This document shows, piece by piece, positions 10,798 to 23,556 of a stretch of DNA of 64,000 bases; positions within the stretch are counted from its first letter, which is position 1, and every line of letters begins with the position of its first letter. The notes under the pieces are model-generated. The model was not told the origin of the DNA and did no database searches. It saw nothing but the letters and a program-made list of their open reading frames with translations. This DNA comes from the human T2T-CHM13v2.0 reference genome, Homo sapiens. The stretch lies in NCBI RefSeq assembly GCF_009914755.1, contig NC_060931.1, one strand, 5' to 3'. A program made the position numbers and the translations under genes.

Positions 10798-13104
10798 AAT
10801 TTTCTCCCATTCTGTAGGTTGCCTGTTCACTCTGATAGTAGTTTCTTTTGCTGTGCAGAAGCTCTTTAGTTTAATTAGATCCCATTTGTCTTTTGGCTGC
10901 ATAAATGTCTTCTCTTGAGAAGTGTCTGTACATATCCTTCGTCCACTTTTTGATGGGGTTGTTTGTTTTTTTCTTGTAAATTTGTTTGAGTTCATTGTAG
11001 ATTCTGGATATTAGCCCTTTGTCAAATGAGTAGTTTGCAAAAATTTTCTCCCATTCTGTAGGGATGGTCTTTACAATTTGGCATGTTTTTACAGTGGCTG
11101 GTACCAGTTGTTCCTTTCCATGTTTAGTGCTTCCTTCAGGAGCTCTTGTAGGGCAGGCCTGGTGGTGACAAAATCTCTCAGCATTTGCTTGTCTGTAAAG
11201 GATTTTATTTCTCCTTCACTTAATAAGCTTAGTTTGGCTGGATGTGAAATTCTGGGTTGAAAATTCTTTTCTTTAAGAATGTTGAATATTGGCCCCCACT
11301 CTCTTCTGGCTTGTGGAGTTTCTGCCGAGAGATCCGCTGTTAGTCTGATGGGCTTCCCTTTGTGGATAACCCGACCTTTCTCTCTGGCTGCCCTTAACAT
11401 TTTTTCCTTCATTTCAACTTTGGTGAATCTGACAATTATGTGTCTTGGAGTTGCTCTTCTCGAGGAGTATCTTTGTGGCATTCTCTGTATTTCCTGAATT
11501 TGAATGTTGGCTTGCCTTGCTAGGTTGGGGAAGTTCTCCTGGATAATATCCTGCAAAGTGTTTTCCAACTTGGTTCCATTCTCCCCGTCACTTTCAGGTA
11601 CACCAATCAGCTGTAGATTTGGTCTTTTCGTATAGTCCCATATTTCTTGGAGGCTTTGTTCATTTCTTTTTATTCTTTTTTCTCTAAACTTCTGTTCTCG
11701 CTTCATTTCATTCATTTGATCTTCAATCATTGATACCCTTTCTTTCAGTTGATCGAATCAGCTACTGAAGCTGTGCATTTGTCGTGTAGTTCTCGTGCCA
11801 TGGTTTTCAGCTCCATCAGGTCATTTAAGGACTTCTCTACACTGATTATTCTAGTTAGCCATTCGTCTAATCTTTTTTCAAGGTTTTTAGCTTCTTTGCG
11901 ATGGGTTCGAACTTCCTCCTTTAGCTCGGAGAAGTTTGATCGTCTGAAGCCTTCTTCTCCCGACTCGTCAAAGTCATTCTCTGTCCAGCTTTGTTCCATT
12001 GCTGGCGAGGAGCTGCGTTCCTTTGGAGGAGGACAGGCACTCTGATTTTTAGAATTTTCAGCTTTTCTGCTCTTTTTGTTCCCCGTTTTTGTGGTTTTAT
12101 CTACCTTTGGTCTTTCATGATGGTGATGTACAGATGGGGTTTTGGTGTGGATATCCTTTCTGTTTGTTAGTTTTCCTTCTAACAGTCAGGACCCTCAGCT
12201 GCAGGTCTGTTGGAGTTTGCTGGAGGTCCACTCCAGACCCTGTTTGCCTGGGTATCAGCAGCAGAGGCTGCAGAACAGCAAATATTGCTGAACAGCAAAC
12301 GTTGCCACCTGATCGTTCCTCTGGAAGCTTCATCTCAGAGGGGTACCCAACCGTGTGAGGTGTCAGTCTGCCCCTACTTGGGGGGTGCCTCCCAGTTAGG
12401 CTACTTGGGTGTCAGGGACCCAGTTGAGGAGGCAGTCTGACCATTCTCAGATCTAAAACTCCATGCTGGGAGAACCACTACTCTCTTCAAAGCTGTCAGA
12501 CAGGGACATTTAAGCCTGCAGAGGTTTCTGCTGCCTTTTGTTCAGCTATGCCCTGCCCCCAGAGGTGGAGTCTACAGAGGCAGGCAGGCCTCCTTGAGCT
12601 GTGGTGGGCTCCATCCAGTTCAAGCTTCCCGGCCACTTTGTTTACCTACTCAAGCCTCAGCAATGGTGGGTGCCCCTCCCCAAGCCTGGCTGCTGCCTTG
12701 CAGTTCGATCTCAGACTGCTGTGCCAGCAATGAGTGAGGCTCCATGGGCGTGGGACTCTCCCAGCCATGCACGGGATATAATCTCCTGGTGTGCTGTTTG
12801 CTAAGACTGTTGGAAAAGTGCAGTATTAGGGTGGGAGTGACCCTATTTTCCAGGTCCCACTTGTCACAGCTTCCCTTGGCTAGGAAAGGGAATTCCCTGA
12901 CATCTTGCACTTCCCGTGTGAGGCAATGCCTTGCCCTGCTTCAGCTCACGCTCGATGGGCTGCACCCACTGTCCTGCACCCAGTGTCCGACAAGCCCCAG
13001 TGAGATGAACCTGGTATCTCGGTTGGAAATGCGGAAATCATCCATCTTCTGTGTCACTCATGCTGGGGGCTGTAGACTGGAGCTGTTCCTATTCGGCCAT
13101 CTTC
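10798..13104 (-). mobile_element. L1PA5/6-like LINE-1: complete 5'UTR and ORF1, nearly all ORF2 deleted, short rearranged ORF2 fragment, no 3'UTR/polyA
   Basis: 5' end aagatggccgaataggaacagctcc on the - strand at ~13103; ORF1p translation in track (11089-11730, 11745-11999); ORF2 C-terminal peptide [30 protein letters not shown] in 10672-10995. Confidence 0.95.
11068..12086 (-). pseudogene. L1 ORF1p pseudogene (start ATG>ACG, frameshift near 11745, premature stop at 11089)
   Basis: Peptides RPNLQLIGVPESDGENGTKLENTLQDIIQENFPNLARQANIQIQEIQR and [13 protein letters not shown] match L1 ORF1p; the normal end PLQKHAKL* is still visible downstream of the stop. Confidence 0.92.
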
Positions 13105-13406
13105 CTTTTTCTAAATTTAAATTTGAGTTAATAAATCATTTAAAGAATATTAATCAAGTCACATTTACCTCCACCTTAAATTAAGTATCTCTATTTATTT
13201 AAGTTGGCCTGAAAGGTAAACATCTGATATCCATGGACCCCCTGTACTTTTCTGACTTTGCCAGTATACACATGATTTTGCTTATTTTTGGTTAAAAATA
13301 TGCCTCAATCCAGCTAACTGAAGCTATGGGAAATCTGTTAATTTTATTGTAAGGCAAACTACTTCTCTGCCTTCCAAATGAACCAAAATTCTCCTATCCC
13401 AGATAG

Positions 13407-13724
<318 letters not shown>

Positions 13725-14379
13725 AGTGCAGTCTATCTTAGGGGACATGGATCAGAGTAGGAACAAGAAAAACTGAAGGGTGGAGAGACACAGTGATTCT
13801 CCTGTGGATGTCCCCATGCACTTTTGTCTCAGCTGTCCATGTTCCCCAACAATAAAAAAGGAATAAACAATGAAATGACACATTGTTAACTCATAATGCA
13901 GAGACTGTGATAGCATATATAACTAATTAGAAGCCCACCTCTCCTTGTGTGGTCCCAGAGAAGAAACTTTGAGAACTGTAAAGATATTTCTGAGAGTGAT
14001 CTTAATTGGATTACATATGGGATAAAGGGAGGCAAACTGTCTTTATGGAGAACCTTGAGCTACCTTCTAAGGTTTGTGTTTGGATGGCTCATCACTTCAA
14101 AACTTGTTCATCCCAATGCTAATTTTAGCTCTTTCTGCTGGAGAGGGGAAATTAGGCATGGATTAGATCTGAAGAGAGGAAGAAACTGCGATATCAAGAT
14201 GACATTTAAAAACAACTTTTAAATATCCCAGAAACTTTGTAATTTCCTTATTTTTATTATACTTTTTAATCATGTTCTTTCTTTTAGTGATTAGCAGAAA
14301 ATCTTTTAGAATGTTGAGGATGGATTTTTGGTGACAGCAAGACCTGAGATGGATGGAAGAGCTGATCCACTAAACAGTG

Positions 14380-14696
14380 GTGTGTGTGTGTGTGTAAGAT
14401 CAGGTCTCACTCTGTCAACCAGGCCTAGACTGGAGGGCAGAGGCATGATCTTGGCTCACTGCAACCTCTGCCTCCCAAGCTCAAGAAATCCTCTCACCTC
14501 AGCCTCCCAAGTAACTGGGACCCACAGGCACACACCACCATGCCTGGCTACATTTTTTTTTTTTTTTTGTATTTTTGGTAGAGATGGGGTCTCTCTATGT
14601 TACCCAGCCTGGTCTCAAACTTCTGAGCTCAAGTGATCCACCCTTCTCGGCCTCCCAAAGTGCTGGAATTATAGATGCAGGCCACCACATCGGGCC
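14380..14696 (-). mobile_element. AluJ, tail replaced by (TG)n
   Basis: Antisense Alu with J-type ctcaagtgatcc...ctcggcctcccaaagtgctgg; (TG)8 at 14380-14395. Confidence 0.93.
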
Positions 14697-14914
14697 CCTC
14701 TTTACAATTCTGCCTCATTGAAAAGAACCCCCAGAGATAGTGGAATAAAGAAAAGATTTGAAACCAAATCTTAGCAACTCTGGGACTTTGATAAACGGCC
14801 ACTCGTTGACCTGGATTGGACCTGAGAGATGGCTTCATTAGTTCATCTGTTCCCTAAGAGGCAATGTCTTTCCTTTGTTCCAAACCATGTGTTTGGTACC
14901 TGAAAGTTTTAGGA

Positions 14915-15265
14915 CCCTGCCCCTGCAACTAACTAGCTATGTGACCTGGAATATGCCAATTGGCTCATCTTTAAAGGAGGAACAATAATATTATTTACAT
15001 CATAGTTTTATTGTAGGGATAAAAAGGAGATGTTGTTCGGCATCCATTTATTCATAAAACAAACAACAGTAACACACCTACTATGTGGCAATTGTTATGC
15101 TAAATACTGAGGATATACAAAATTTGAGTTCCTGATCTCGAGGTCTCAGTCCAGAGGGATTGCTGAGAGGCCACTGGATATACACAAAACACAGTGAGAA
15201 GAAATACAATGTAGACAGAGCATTATGAGAATATGGAAGAGGAAGCCATTAACTTTGCCTGGAGA
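14915..15265. mobile_element. MIR fragment followed by L2 3' fragment
   Basis: actagctatgtgacctgga...ctcatctttaaagg (MIR core); catccatttattca...cctactatgtggca (L2 3' end, antisense). Confidence 0.55.
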
Positions 15266-15639
15266 AAGTTAACAAGCAGCAGGCTTGTTTCCCCACAGGG
15301 AAAGTTGAAGGCATGTTTTTGAGCGTTTTCTCTCTACCCAGCTTTAAATTGTGACTTAAATGCCTTCAGAACATGTTCAATTCTGTGTTCTCTGTATAAT
15401 GTTTCTTGTGTAAATGTTTATTATTTGCAATGATGATAATGTCCTTTTCTATTGTTTGATTACTGGGAAAGCAGGGGTGGCTGAAATCTCACGTGGTTCT
15501 TCAGCCAGTTTTAATAGCAAGTTGTTCCTGGTTGTTTCTTCCTAGAATGACTCCGAGAATGCAGGATATTTGATACTGTCAATGAGAAAATATGTTTTCT
15601 ACATATCAAATAACATATTCATAGTCATATTTAACTAAA

Positions 15640-16375
15640 CAGGTATTCAACTGGAGAGACATAAAATTTTCAACATAAAACAGTTTGTGAATATGAGGAG
15701 TAATAGATACTTGTATCTTGCTGGCTAGCATGTTAATTGTTGCAATTTATATGGAAAGTCATTCAGAAACATCAATCACAATTAATTATTTACAGAATCT
15801 TTGACTCAGCATTACTAATTCTAGGAATGCATTCTGCAGACATATTGGCCATTTGTGAAGTAACATGTATGAGAATATTTACTGAAGTGATTATAATAGT
15901 AAAAGGTTAAAAACCACATAAATATTCAACAAGATGGGGGGACTGGGTTATCAAACTATTAGATAAATTTTATGCATTGTATATGTAATGCATGTTCAAA
16001 TAATTACAATGGAGCAATATGCAATGGTTAAAAAGAATAAGACAGCAAAATATGTACTGATACAATGCCAAGCAAATCAGTAAAGTGCTACAGTAAAGTG
16101 CACAACTGTGTATGGAGTACATAATCATTAGTGGATGGAGATATAGATATTTAGATATAAATATAAACACAGCTATGGATATGGATATACACACATACAT
16201 TCATATGGATTTTTTATATAAATAAGCTGTCCCTAAAAGGATACACAAGAAATGATCACAATGGTGCCAGAGAAGATGAAATATAATATTCACTTATTAC
16301 ACACATCTGTGCTTTTTGAACATGATATTATGTGTATGTATTACCTATTCAAAAATGCATTAAATGAATCTAGAA
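15640..16375 (+). mobile_element. Old L1M (L1ME-like) 3' fragment
   Basis: Degenerate ctttgactcagcatt...ctaggaat, ttataatagtaaaa...aaatattcaacaa motifs of L1 ORF2 end/3'UTR. Confidence 0.65.
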
Positions 16376-17338
16376 AATAAATACCTAAAACACAGAATAT
16401 CATCCACAACCATATTTATAATTGTCTTGGTGGAAAGGATTTTTGTAAATTCACAAGGGTTATACATGTTAATTCATTTTTATATTTAGAAAAATAGTTT
16501 GAATTTTTTCTAAAGGAAGAATATTTTTAAAATTCTTTAATTTACTTTTTCCCCCAGGAAGTAAATAAACTTCAATTACTTTACACCAAAAGAGGCAGCA
16601 TCAGCTATAAAAAAGGGATGAATCCTGTATTTGATAGCATAAATGAGGCATAATAATCAAAGAAAAAACTTTTGAAAAGAAGAATGTTTGAGCTACAGGA
16701 CCCTTGGGATGCCAGCAGTAATTTACACACCATTACTTATTCAGGGTTGCATTCCTAATTACTCTTTGGTAAAAAAATAATTATTATACTATAGTGATTA
16801 CTCCTTTCATCACAGAAGAGAAACAATGCTGATATAGGCAAATCTTAAAGAAATAGAACTCTAGTTTGTTGATAAAGTTGTTTATATGCAGTAGTTGAAG
16901 GGGAATATAGTAATAGCAAAAACATATTTCTTAAAGAGCATTGAGTTTTCCAGCAAACTCTCATGCTCAAGTATTTTTACAAAAATGTACATAAACCAAG
17001 TCAAATTTTAAACTTGATTCTAGATTGTTCATGACCTACTCATTTTCTCACACATTTGTGAAAGCACCTTTAAAAAACAATGAATTAAAACTACTGCGCT
17101 GTACCCTCACCCAAAAATGATTGAAAAGAGGAAGAAAAATTTGCCTTCTTTAGTATGAATAATTTATCTACATTCTAATTTTAAAGATCCTAAAACAAAC
17201 ACTATCATTTTCCTACAATAATAATTGTGATTATGTACATCTATATTTCTAGTCAATCTAATCAAATAGGTCAAAATTAAAGAAGAAAAGCCGTGCCTTG
17301 ATTGCATACACTCAATCTACAAGCTTTCCTGAGTTTTC

Positions 17339-17422
17339 GTTTAAAATTATATTTAGTTCATTCTTTTATACAAGTATCCATTTGTTTAAAATTATATTTA
17401 GTTCATTCTTTTATACAAGTAT
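17339..17422. repeat. Perfect 39-bp direct duplication (period 45)
   Basis: gtttaaaattatatttagttcattcttttatacaagtat at 17339-17377 and 17384-17422. Confidence 0.95.
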
Positions 17423-18915
17423 TTTAATAAAGTAGGAGAACTTTTAGTATTCTATCAACTCTTTATTGACATATGCATTATCTATATTATGTATTTAATA
17501 CTGAAAGAAGTTTTATACTAGCCCATATCCCTTTTCATGGCTGGCCTGGCGTTCCTGGCCATCAGTTGTGATATACTTATAAATACAGTTTTTTTTAACA
17601 TCCTAAGCCAAGCAAAATTCAGAAGGTGGAACATACCGAAAATACTTAAGGATATACTCTAAAGGCAAATGTGTGTTTGTGCTTTTTAGATTATGCATAG
17701 CACTGCTTCCTTATATTACTGTGGACTGGACTTGACTCATAGGTATTTTACCCAATGAAACATGGAAGACTATTTCCTTTTATAATTCGTCACTGTAAAG
17801 CAAATGTCTAAATTGGAAATGGTAAAAACGGATCTTTCCATCTATTTCTAAGTACACAGAGCATACTGAGATTAAGATTCATATCCAAGTGTATCTATAA
17901 TGTGTTTTAATAAGGTCATGAATAATGAAGTAATTTTATACAATGTGGAAAACCTGTGAAGTGTAACACTCAAGTGATATTTATCTATGAGGTGTATCCA
18001 TTTTATGGTTCCCTTTTCATAAATTTCATTTCCACTTGTGGAGTTGTGTCATATGCAGACTAATTAATATGACTTATCCTGTGGCTAAGCAGGAATGTTT
18101 TTCACTTTTCCTTTATTCTTTCACCTTGTGCAAAATTATTATTCCCCTCAATACCTCATTTATCTCTCACATTCACCCTAGGGAGTCCCTCGTGCAGAAT
18201 GACTAGGAGGTGTATAAAGGGGAACAACAATCTGGCAGCCTCATCATAAAATGTGATATGTTAGCTATTTCTCTTTCCAAGGGACCTATCCAGCTGAGAC
18301 TGTATGAGGCCTCTGGGCCACACATGCAAATACAGCAAACTCACATCCCAAGAAAACTTTTTTGGCAAAAAGACAGAGGAAAATAGCTTTGTAACAGAAC
18401 TTGCCTTTTAAAGGGGGTAAAAAAAAACAATTCTGTTTTGGGGGAGTTATTCATGTAGAAGAAATAAACAGCTATAGCCGTGTGTCAAGAAGAGACATTG
18501 TTACTAAACTAGATATGCATGGAAATGGAATTAAGTTCCTTGCATTCACACTGCAAATTCTGGGATGATTGTTCATTTCCAATAAACAAACACCATTTTT
18601 AAAAATTTGGTCAAAAACAGTAAAGAATAATTTGAACCCATGTTATTATAAATAAGCAGATGACTTTCTCATAACAGACGTGAAAACAGGCATTGATATC
18701 TATATATCTATATCTATATAGATATATATCAGATTTTATCTGCCATTATTATACTGGCCCTCATTTGGGTCTATAGCTGGCTCTTGCTAGGTAGAAGAGT
18801 TTACCCTTAGGCCTCTGTTATAACAGGGTCTAGTTCACACAAAAGATTGAACTATTTGCGTACATGCTAGTGTGAAATAGCCTTATCCGTAGGGCCTTCA
18901 AAAACAGCAAGTTGA

Positions 18916-19208
18916 GGCCAGGTAAGGTGGCTAATGCTTGTAATCCCAGCAAAGCTGTAATTTCAGCCAAGGCAAGAGGATGACTTGACTCCAGGAGTTC
19001 AAGACCAGCCTGAGAAACATAGCAAGACCCCATCTCTACCAAAAAAAAGTTAAAAATTCACGGGGCAGTGCCCCTGTAATCCTAGATACTCCGCAGGCTG
19101 AGGAGTGAGATTCGCTTGAGCCCAGGAGGTCGAGGCTGCAGTGAGTTATCATCACATCACTGCACTCCAGCCTGGACAACAGAGTGAGACTGAATCTCAA
19201 AAAAAAAA
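18916..19208 (+). mobile_element. AluJ
   Basis: ggccaggtaaggtggctaatgcttgtaatcccagc...cttgagcccaggaggtcgaggctgcagtgag...polyA. Confidence 0.93.
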
Positions 19209-21038
19209 GAGAGAGAGAAGATTTTACTCTTAATTTATGTCATTTATCCATGTGCTTTGCCTTGTGGCTAGTTTCAATAGTGAATAGATTTATGAAAATT
19301 CATATTACCTAGATTTATTCTTGACCAATAAAACTCATTCTAAAGGATTTTTCTAGCATATATAAGTAAATTTATTAAGAGAAGCTAATAAATTTAGCTT
19401 CTGGTCTGTATGCTAGTTAACCTAGTAATTAATCCAAATTTCCACCAGAATTTGATTAATACATCTAATCAGCTTCACAGGAAGAAAATTGCACGTGGGT
19501 TCCTGATATTTCACACAAGAGGTAATTTTTTTTTCCAGAAAGGAAGGCTTATCAATAGTGATAGTTTTAAGCTCCAAGCGAGTGAGAAATTGAGTCTCCC
19601 CTGTTCCTGCTGTATTTTCAACATCTAGAAAAATCTCTGCATTTGTACTCTTTCATGGATTAGATGAAGACCACCATGCAGAATAAGCCCCAAAACATGA
19701 AAACAGATTCGTTATTTCATTGTTTTAATCAAATAAATTTAATTTTGCAGTTGTTTATGATATACGCAATGTCTACTAAGTGACATGGGATTTAAGCATA
19801 AGTGGCAAGCAGTTCACATAAGTGATTAAAATTAGCATGATTTTAAAGAACCAAACTTGTTTGTTTTCAATATTATTCTCCCTTCATTAGACCAGTTTTC
19901 TGAGCTTTATTTTCCACCATTACTGTTTTCCATGACACTACATGAAAATGAAATCATTATCCACATCAGCAGCACCATCATAGACACCAACATTCAAACC
20001 TTGAAAGAAAAAGGTCCCAGTTATTTACTTCCAAACAGCTAGTTACCACTTGACCAGCAACTAGCCCCAACATGCCAAGGACTGGTATTCATTCTCTTAA
20101 TCATTATTATAATCATCTTACTGCCTTACATCAAAATACTATGTTACATGTCAGTACAATGCATTAATTGAAAATGTACTTCTTCCACACACCCACATTA
20201 ATTCAACAATTATGAAGCGTGTTAGGCACTGTGGGATTGGTCTATACCGGCAGAACTGTGTTGAGTACTGAGAAAATAAAAAGATGAACTAAACTTCCTT
20301 CAAACTTAAACACCTAGGAGAGATAAAGTATATAAACAAATTTGAATCTTCCTAACTTTATACATAACAGTCCTCGGTATGTAACTAACTGAATAATAAA
20401 TTTTTGTTAGGATTAGAGAGTTAGAAAACAAGAAAGTCCTGGGTGCCTAAAATTCAGGGGTCAAGAGTGCAAAAGGAGAAGCAGCAAATATACTACCAAT
20501 GGAGGGAAAAGGAGAAACAGAGAAGATCATTCAAACTCAAGAGACTTCACAGTTTCCCTCTGGTCCTGCCATGTCTTCACTTGTGCAAAGTTATATAGAT
20601 GGCACGTCTTTGGATTCTACTTCTAAGATGAATGGATCCCAGCTATCATCCCACAATAGGACTAAAGAGGGGAGAGCTCCCTCTTCCAAACTCTTTATTA
20701 ACCTTTACTGTGAGTCAAAATTCTGCTACAGACAACACAACCATGCAGTCTCCTTGACTAGAGTCCTTAATCTAACAAACACGGCAATATCAAAGCCACC
20801 ATCTGGAAGGAAATATTTGTGTGTGGAATTATGTGTCATATTTAAATTCCGTATATACAATAGTGGAAAATTACTGGCAAATGCATGGTTACCTCATACA
20901 TTTACATTGCAATTGTGTAAGTTTTCTTTGATTAAGATGTAGTGTTCATTGCATACCAGGAGTAGAGAATACTAAGTAAATTTGCAACTGTCCTCTTATG
21001 ACAATCCAATGAGACATTTATATTTAAACATAAAACTG

Positions 21039-21274
21039 TAGCCATCCCTCAGTATACATGGGACATTGGTTCCAGGAACCCCACGTATAACAAAATCTTC
21101 ACATACTGAAGTCCTGTAGTCGGCCCTGCAGAATCCCGCAGAACCTGCCTGTAGGAAAACTAGGGTTTTGCATCCCACAAATACATTTTTGTAATTAGTG
21201 TGTTTAGTTGAAAAAGAAATAGACATAGAAGCAGACCCACGTAGTTCAAACCTGTGTTGTTCAAGAGTCAAATT
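21039..21274. mobile_element. MER8 (TcMar-Tigger MITE)
   Basis: ccctcagtatacatgggacattggttccaggaacccc ... gtagttcaaacctgtgttgttcaagagtcaa match the recalled MER8 ends. Confidence 0.8.
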
Positions 21275-22304
21275 TAATTAAGGAAAATATAGCAGGAAAG
21301 ATTACTTTTAGATTTTCTAGTTGCTGCAGAGACCAGTAAGAATACTCATCACCTCTGACGACATGCAGGTTCTGTAGGTTTGGTGTGGGTGGGATGTTAT
21401 GGGTGGGCATGGTTAATATATTTGTTACAAGAAATGTAATAAGTTGTCATAATTTCCCCCTTCTGCAACACATGGGCATGACTTACTGCTACTTTCAAAT
21501 ATATTATCCAGATTCTACTATTATTTTAAACTTGGTAACTGATGTCCAAGAAGAAAGCAACTTTTGACTCCTATCGTCAGTTCTGAAGTCTTTCTTCCAA
21601 TTAAAAGCAGTTACCAGTGAACATCCAGTCTTATGACTAAAATGCATACATTCTTTCTTTTTAATTTTCAAAAGAGAAACAATGATTATATAAAGAAAGC
21701 TTCCTAATCAAGAAAAATGTCTTTTCTCTAACTAAAACAAAAGTGAATGTGGAAAGGAATCTTCAATTAAGAACGGATCATTTATTTTCCCTATATATTA
21801 TTACCTCCTATTTCTTTCCATTTGGTTGGATTTCAATAGAAATAACTTTTATGTTAAGTTTGTTTAGCCTTAGTTTGCTATAAAAACATAAACCATGCCA
21901 TTATTATTGATGAGGATAGGGCAGCCAGGATGGTCTTGAAAAACCATTATATTCAAATGTGCAAATGCACATCATTATATGAATTAAGGCTTGCTTATGT
22001 ACAAAAGTATCAATGGGATTAGTATAAAGTCATTAAAGATTTTTAGGAAGAATAGGTTGTATTATAGCATGCTGTATAGTTTCAATCAAGGAATACAGTG
22101 CTCTTGGCCTCAGTTAATGGTTTATTTGTAAGAAATATATTCCTATTGCATAGCTTCCCTCTAGCTCCAGCATTTAAAAAGAAACCATCCAATAGGTCTT
22201 TTTCTAGAAATTGAGATGGGTAAGAGAAAGAGTGTTAAATATTACTTTCTTTAAGTCCTATCTTAAATGAGGTAATTTTTCAAATGATGTGTAGATAAGG
22301 CTTT

Positions 22305-22447
22305 CATTTATTTTTATTTTTGATTTTTAATTTTTATATAGTTAAGGGGAACAAGTGCAGATTTCATACATGCATAAACTGTGTCATGGTGAAGTCTGAG
22401 CTTTTAGAGTACCCATCACCAGAATAGTGAACATCATACCCAATAGG
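22305..22447 (-). mobile_element. L1PB/L1MA 3' end fragment
   Basis: T-rich tail then ggggaacaagtgcagattt...ggtgaagtctgagctttta...cccatcacc...cccaatagg. Confidence 0.8.
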
Positions 22448-22701
22448 GTTGATATCTCAAGCTAAATAATGATGTGGAATCAGGAAATGGAATAGAGAGT
22501 TGACTCTCCTAATCACCCAAATGGATCATCTGTATTGCTCCTGGAAGCTGAGACCAAAACCTCTATTTCTCTAACACTTTACAGTCAAGAAGCAGTTGAA
22601 CTGTTATTTTTTTAAAATAATAAAATATTCTAACGCATCATTAGTCATGATTATTAGTCATGGCCATAGGTTCCTGAAGCTTAGAGGATGAACTCACCTC
22701 A

Positions 22702-23047
<346 letters not shown>

Positions 23048-23175
23048 TCAGGTTTTCAGTGAATGGCACTGTTACATGTTTCTGAGAAAATTAAATAATA
23101 TGAAGACTCTCTTAAGGGTAACCTACTCTGTGAGTGGCCTTTCAGTTTTTCCCATTGTTGAAATAGTGCCTGGAA

Positions 23176-23556
23176 TGTTAAAGGGTGGCAAAATATGCTA
23201 CAGCCAAAATATGCCATTTTGACATTAGGATAACACTGAGCTACAGGTATTTTTAAACAAAACAGCAAGTACACAAAGGGTTCCATGAGCCTCCCCTTTT
23301 TCTTCCTGAAAGCAGGACATTAAACTGAAGGGTATCCTCCCTGTACAATTGCCTTTCCTTTTTCAACCTATTATAAAAGTATTTAGGTTTTGCCAATTCT
23401 TTGGCTCTTCATTTCCTTATGAGGGCACCCATGTCAGGCAAAACTTATATTAAGTAAATCTGTGTGCTTTTCACCTGTTAATCTTAGATCTGTTTAATTT
23501 TTAGGCCCAGCTGAAAAATCCCAAGATAGTAGAGGTAAAATTTTTCCTCCCCTATA
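23176..23556 (+). mobile_element. ERV1 solo LTR, MER34/MER39-like
   Basis: aatatgctacagccaaaatatgcc start and agaggtaaaatttttcctcccctata end typical of the MER34 family. Confidence 0.7.

Noticed and set aside
11089-11730. Functional L1 ORF1p / active L1
   Set aside because: Start codon mutated, frameshift, premature stop and ORF2 essentially deleted.
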